A stretch of DNA of 32,463 bases from a virus, in the IMG/VR virus record IMGVR_UViG_3300022683_000007, positions 1 to 32,463 of that record. One strand, written 5' to 3'. The translations under genes were made by a program, and so were the position numbers. Positions 30,553-32,463 of the stretch are shown piece by piece; position 1 is the first letter of the stretch, and each line of letters starts with the position of its first letter. The notes below the pieces were generated by a model. That model was given only the letters and a program-made list of their open reading frames with translations. It made no database searches and was not told the DNA's origin.

Positions 30553-30810
30553 CTAGAATGGAATTGACATGTCGTCGAAATCGTCATCGATGGCCTGCTT
30601 GGCTTGCTGCATAGCTGGTTTAGCCACCGCATCCTTAGCCTTGACTGACAGCGAAAAGAACTTCTTGCCCTGCTTAGACTCCTTGATCCAACCAGATAGG
30701 TAATGATCTACCCCGCCAACATCAATTGATCCAGTGAAGTCTGGGTGTTTCTCAGACTCTTTCTTGTCGTTGCGAAATAAAACCCCGCGATTAGTGTTAT
30801 CGTATTCCAT
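30553..30810 (-). CDS. Mini-protein carrying an SSB-type acidic C-terminal tip ([11 protein letters not shown]); non-canonical SSB or SSB-interactome mimic
   Basis: 85 aa with a GGAG SD 8 nt upstream, immediately downstream of erf. The tail closely matches the E. coli SSB tip (...DFDDDIPF). The ~60-aa N-terminal part ([27 protein letters not shown]...[20 protein letters not shown]) is too short for a canonical OB-fold SSB. Confidence 0.5.
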   Translation of the reverse strand: MEYDNTNRGVLFRNDKKESEKHPDFTGSIDVGGVDHYLSGWIKESKQGKKFFSLSVKAKDAVAKPAMQQAKQAIDDDFDDMSIPF

Positions 30811-30813
30811 TGC

Positions 30814-31449
30814 TTACTCTCCTGTTGCCGTTCTAAATTCGGTCGATTTCATTATCGCCCGTTCTCCTGTGGTGAACACACCACCCTTACTTGGGGCTTT
30901 CCAGATTCCGATCTTTTCTTCCTCTGTTAGCTCGTCCCATGCCTCTTTAGCCATTACTAAATCACCGATCTCAATGCCAGTTTTAATGGCCTCTACACTG
31001 TCTATTAGCTTGTTAACTAGCTCCTCGTACTCATCAGGTACGGTAGGCTGTTGCGAACCACGCAATACAGCAGCTTCAGCATCATCATCGACCGCAGGTA
31101 TACCGAACAGCGCCTGTAATGCGTACCGCCTGGCATACGTCACAGCACTGCCTGCCGCCTGTGGATCGCCCTTAACCATCGGCAAAGTAAACTCGTTCTC
31201 TAGCCACTGCCCACTGGTGTGAATAAGCCGCGTCACTACACCAATTGAATTGCCGTCACGATGCGGTAGCTGGACATAACTAAGCCCGTGTTTAAAGCAT
31301 GGCTCTTTAATCGCTTTAATAACGCTTGTAAGGTCAGCATAGCTTGATTTAAAGAAAGGGTTAGCACTGCCCTTCACAGCGCCTCCCATCTCACCCTGAG
31401 CCGCACAGAGCGCCTCAGCTAGTTTCTCTATAGTCTCACTAGACTTCAT
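30814..31449 (-). CDS. erf: Erf-family single-strand annealing recombinase
   Basis: 211 aa from the ATG at 31449, with a GGAGGG SD 8 nt upstream. Erf-type pattern: ANPFFKSSYADLTSVIKAIKEPCFKHGLSYVQ...AAGSAVTYARRYALQALFGI. Confidence 0.75.
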   Translation of the reverse strand: MKSSETIEKLAEALCAAQGEMGGAVKGSANPFFKSSYADLTSVIKAIKEPCFKHGLSYVQLPHRDGNSIGVVTRLIHTSGQWLENEFTLPMVKGDPQAAGSAVTYARRYALQALFGIPAVDDDAEAAVLRGSQQPTVPDEYEELVNKLIDSVEAIKTGIEIGDLVMAKEAWDELTEEEKIGIWKAPSKGGVFTTGERAIMKSTEFRTATGE

Positions 31450-31687
31450 CAAAAAATCCCTCCATCTCTTGGTTTATAAGGTAGTCCTCTACCTCGTCCA
31501 TATCACCTACATCAAGGTCCACTTCGTAACCTTGAAAGGTAACCTCTCCCCACTCAACTTCGTAGGTAGTATGTAACGCGCGTCTACCCCATGCTTCAGT
31601 AACATCGGTTTCGCTGGTTACAACACAGTTCTTAAACTCCAGTTCATTCACTGGAACGCGAATCATTAACCATACATGTCTTGACAT
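31439..31687 (-). CDS. Strongly acidic small early protein (82 aa)
   Basis: I prefer the internal ATG at 31687, which has a GGAGGG SD 7 nt upstream, over the track start at 31765. By hand count it has 20 Asp+Glu and 5 Arg+Lys. The C-terminus reads DLDVGDMDEVEDYLINQEMEGFFDEV. Confidence 0.5.
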   Translation of the reverse strand: MSRHVWLMIRVPVNELEFKNCVVTSETDVTEAWGRRALHTTYEVEWGEVTFQGYEVDLDVGDMDEVEDYLINQEMEGFFDEV

Positions 31688-31839
31688 TGCGCTTCCCTCC
31701 CTTGTAATTCTGCGTAGCCTTCGGCAAACCCAGCCATGTAGTCTGGATTGTTGTCTAAAGGCCATGAGTACATCTCCGCATCACAGTAGCCACACCACCG
31801 TAGCCACTCTGAGTATTCGACTTGATTTAATTCATCCAT
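31666..31839 (-). CDS. Acidic small early protein (57 aa), first gene of the early operon
   Basis: The track start is TTG 31890, inside the promoter. The ATG at 31839 has a GGAGGG SD 7 nt upstream. By hand count it has 12 Asp+Glu and 2 Arg. Sequence begins MDELNQVEYSEWLRWCGYCDAEMYSW... Confidence 0.5.
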   Translation of the reverse strand: MDELNQVEYSEWLRWCGYCDAEMYSWPLDNNPDYMAGFAEGYAELQGREAQCQDMYG

Positions 31840-31868
31840 GTGGTTTCCCTCCGTCATTCCACAGACAC

Positions 31869-31897
31869 AGGTTAACCTATCTGTTTGCAAGCGTCAA
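31869..31897 (-). promoter_or_regulatory. Sigma70-like early promoter candidate
   Basis: Minus sense reads TTGACG (31892-31897), a 17-nt spacer, then TAACCT (31869-31874). It lies about 30 nt upstream of the first early-gene SD. Confidence 0.45.
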
Positions 31898-31902
31898 CAG
31901 AT
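31879..31902. promoter_or_regulatory. Inverted-repeat operator candidate overlapping the early promoter
   Basis: ATCTGTT (31879-31885) and AACAGAT (31896-31902) are 7-bp arms with a 10-bp spacer. The repeat overlaps the -35 hexamer and spacer of the early promoter candidate. Confidence 0.4.
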
Positions 31903-31960
31903 GCAATGATTTATTTTAAAGTTTTTTTGTGGTGTACTTGAAGGGTGTTAATTGCAGCTT

Positions 31961-31980
31961 GCCCCGAAAGGGGCTTTTTT
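31961..31980 (+). terminator. Second plus-oriented intrinsic-terminator-like hairpin abutting the endolysin stop codon
   Basis: GCCCC-GAAA-GGGGC followed by T6 (31975-31980). The T-tract overlaps the endolysin TAA. In minus sense the hairpin is preceded by A6 and followed by AAGCUGC, which is not U-rich. Confidence 0.5.
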
Positions 31981-32392
31981 ATACCAGATATTCGCCACGC
32001 TCTAGCATGTAAGCCAGTTCGTTAGCCCTGTCACCTACTTGAATTGCGTACCTTGAGTTTAATAATTCAGCGGCAGCTTGTGAGTATGCCTTGTTAGATA
32101 GGTGTCTAATCATTTTTTTAAAGCCTAAGAACCTGGGCAACCCAAGGTTAAACAGTAGGTCAACCATCGCCTCCTGTCGCACTATGTCTAAACCAGAGAA
32201 CCACTCAAATACTTCTAGCTCGTTGTAGCATCGCTCAATATCTGAGACGAGCATAACCTCTGCCTCATACCGACTGATACCCATGCTCTCTAGGTTTCTA
32301 CCATAGCCGATAGTTAACTGATCTGAAGTACATAGGTAAGGCTTTAGTCTTAAACCTTCGTGCCGCTTCAGCATCTCGATAAGGTTACGCAT
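31979..32392 (-). CDS. Endolysin, T4-lysozyme-type muramidase (GH24)
   Basis: 137 aa. The sequence HEGLRLKPYLCTSDQLTIGYGRNLE shows the Glu...Asp...Thr catalytic-triad spacing of T4 lysozyme. The start overlaps the holin stop once the genome is circularised. Confidence 0.85.
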   Translation of the reverse strand: MRNLIEMLKRHEGLRLKPYLCTSDQLTIGYGRNLESMGISRYEAEVMLVSDIERCYNELEVFEWFSGLDIVRQEAMVDLLFNLGLPRFLGFKKMIRHLSNKAYSQAAAELLNSRYAIQVGDRANELAYMLERGEYLV

Positions 32393-32463
32393 TAGTTTCT
32401 CACTGTCTGAATTACTTTCTCGGCTGAACGCCCAACAACGTAGCCACCCAGACCTAACTGTAA
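32365..32463. repeat. Terminal exact direct repeat, copy 2 (identical to 1..99)
   Basis: See copy 1. It contains a duplicate of the holin 3' end (32392-32463). Confidence 0.95.

Noticed and set aside
1-32463. tRNA genes, CRISPR arrays, and T7-type phage-RNAP promoter repeats.
   Set aside because: I saw no cloverleaf-compatible GTTCGAATC-type T-arm context in the intergenic gaps. There are no regularly spaced direct-repeat arrays. No phage RNA polymerase gene exists to use T7-type promoters.

Overview
The window is one complete, circularly closed genome of a tailed dsDNA phage. Bases 1-99 repeat exactly at 32365-32463, giving a unit length of 32,364 bp. I call about 50 protein genes. All are on the minus strand except a 3-gene accessory module at 23625-24635.

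Gene order in minus-strand sense, wrapping through the window ends:
- Early operon: a sigma70-like promoter with an inverted-repeat operator (about 31869-31902), then two strongly acidic small proteins, an Erf annealase, a mini-protein with an SSB-type C-terminal tip, and a Cro-like HTH.
- A 378-bp ORF-free, helix-dense spacer follows. It ends in a plus-strand intrinsic terminator and is my top candidate for something new (an ncRNA).
- The early operon continues with RHH, HTH, NinX, small early proteins, NinB, an HTH-metallophosphoesterase fusion, a DUF3310-like protein, a NinG/Rap-like gene split over two frames at an A5 run, a PAPS-reductase-like PP-loop protein, an HTH and two tiny ORFs.
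- Late operon, from about 23493: TerS, TerL, portal, scaffold, an AT-rich HNH-AP2 homing-endonuclease island, and the major capsid gene behind a structured leader.
- Tail and virion genes: T7-type tail tubular A and B, three internal virion proteins, a pectate-lyase-fold tailspike and a LamG/SPRY fibre.
- A 4-gene lysis cassette ends the operon: a small membrane protein, a tail-anchored coiled coil, a GTA-type 3-TM holin and a GH24 endolysin.

I saw no RNA or DNA polymerase, helicase, primase, integrase, tRNA or CRISPR array. All functional calls come from motif recognition by eye and gene order, not from database searches.
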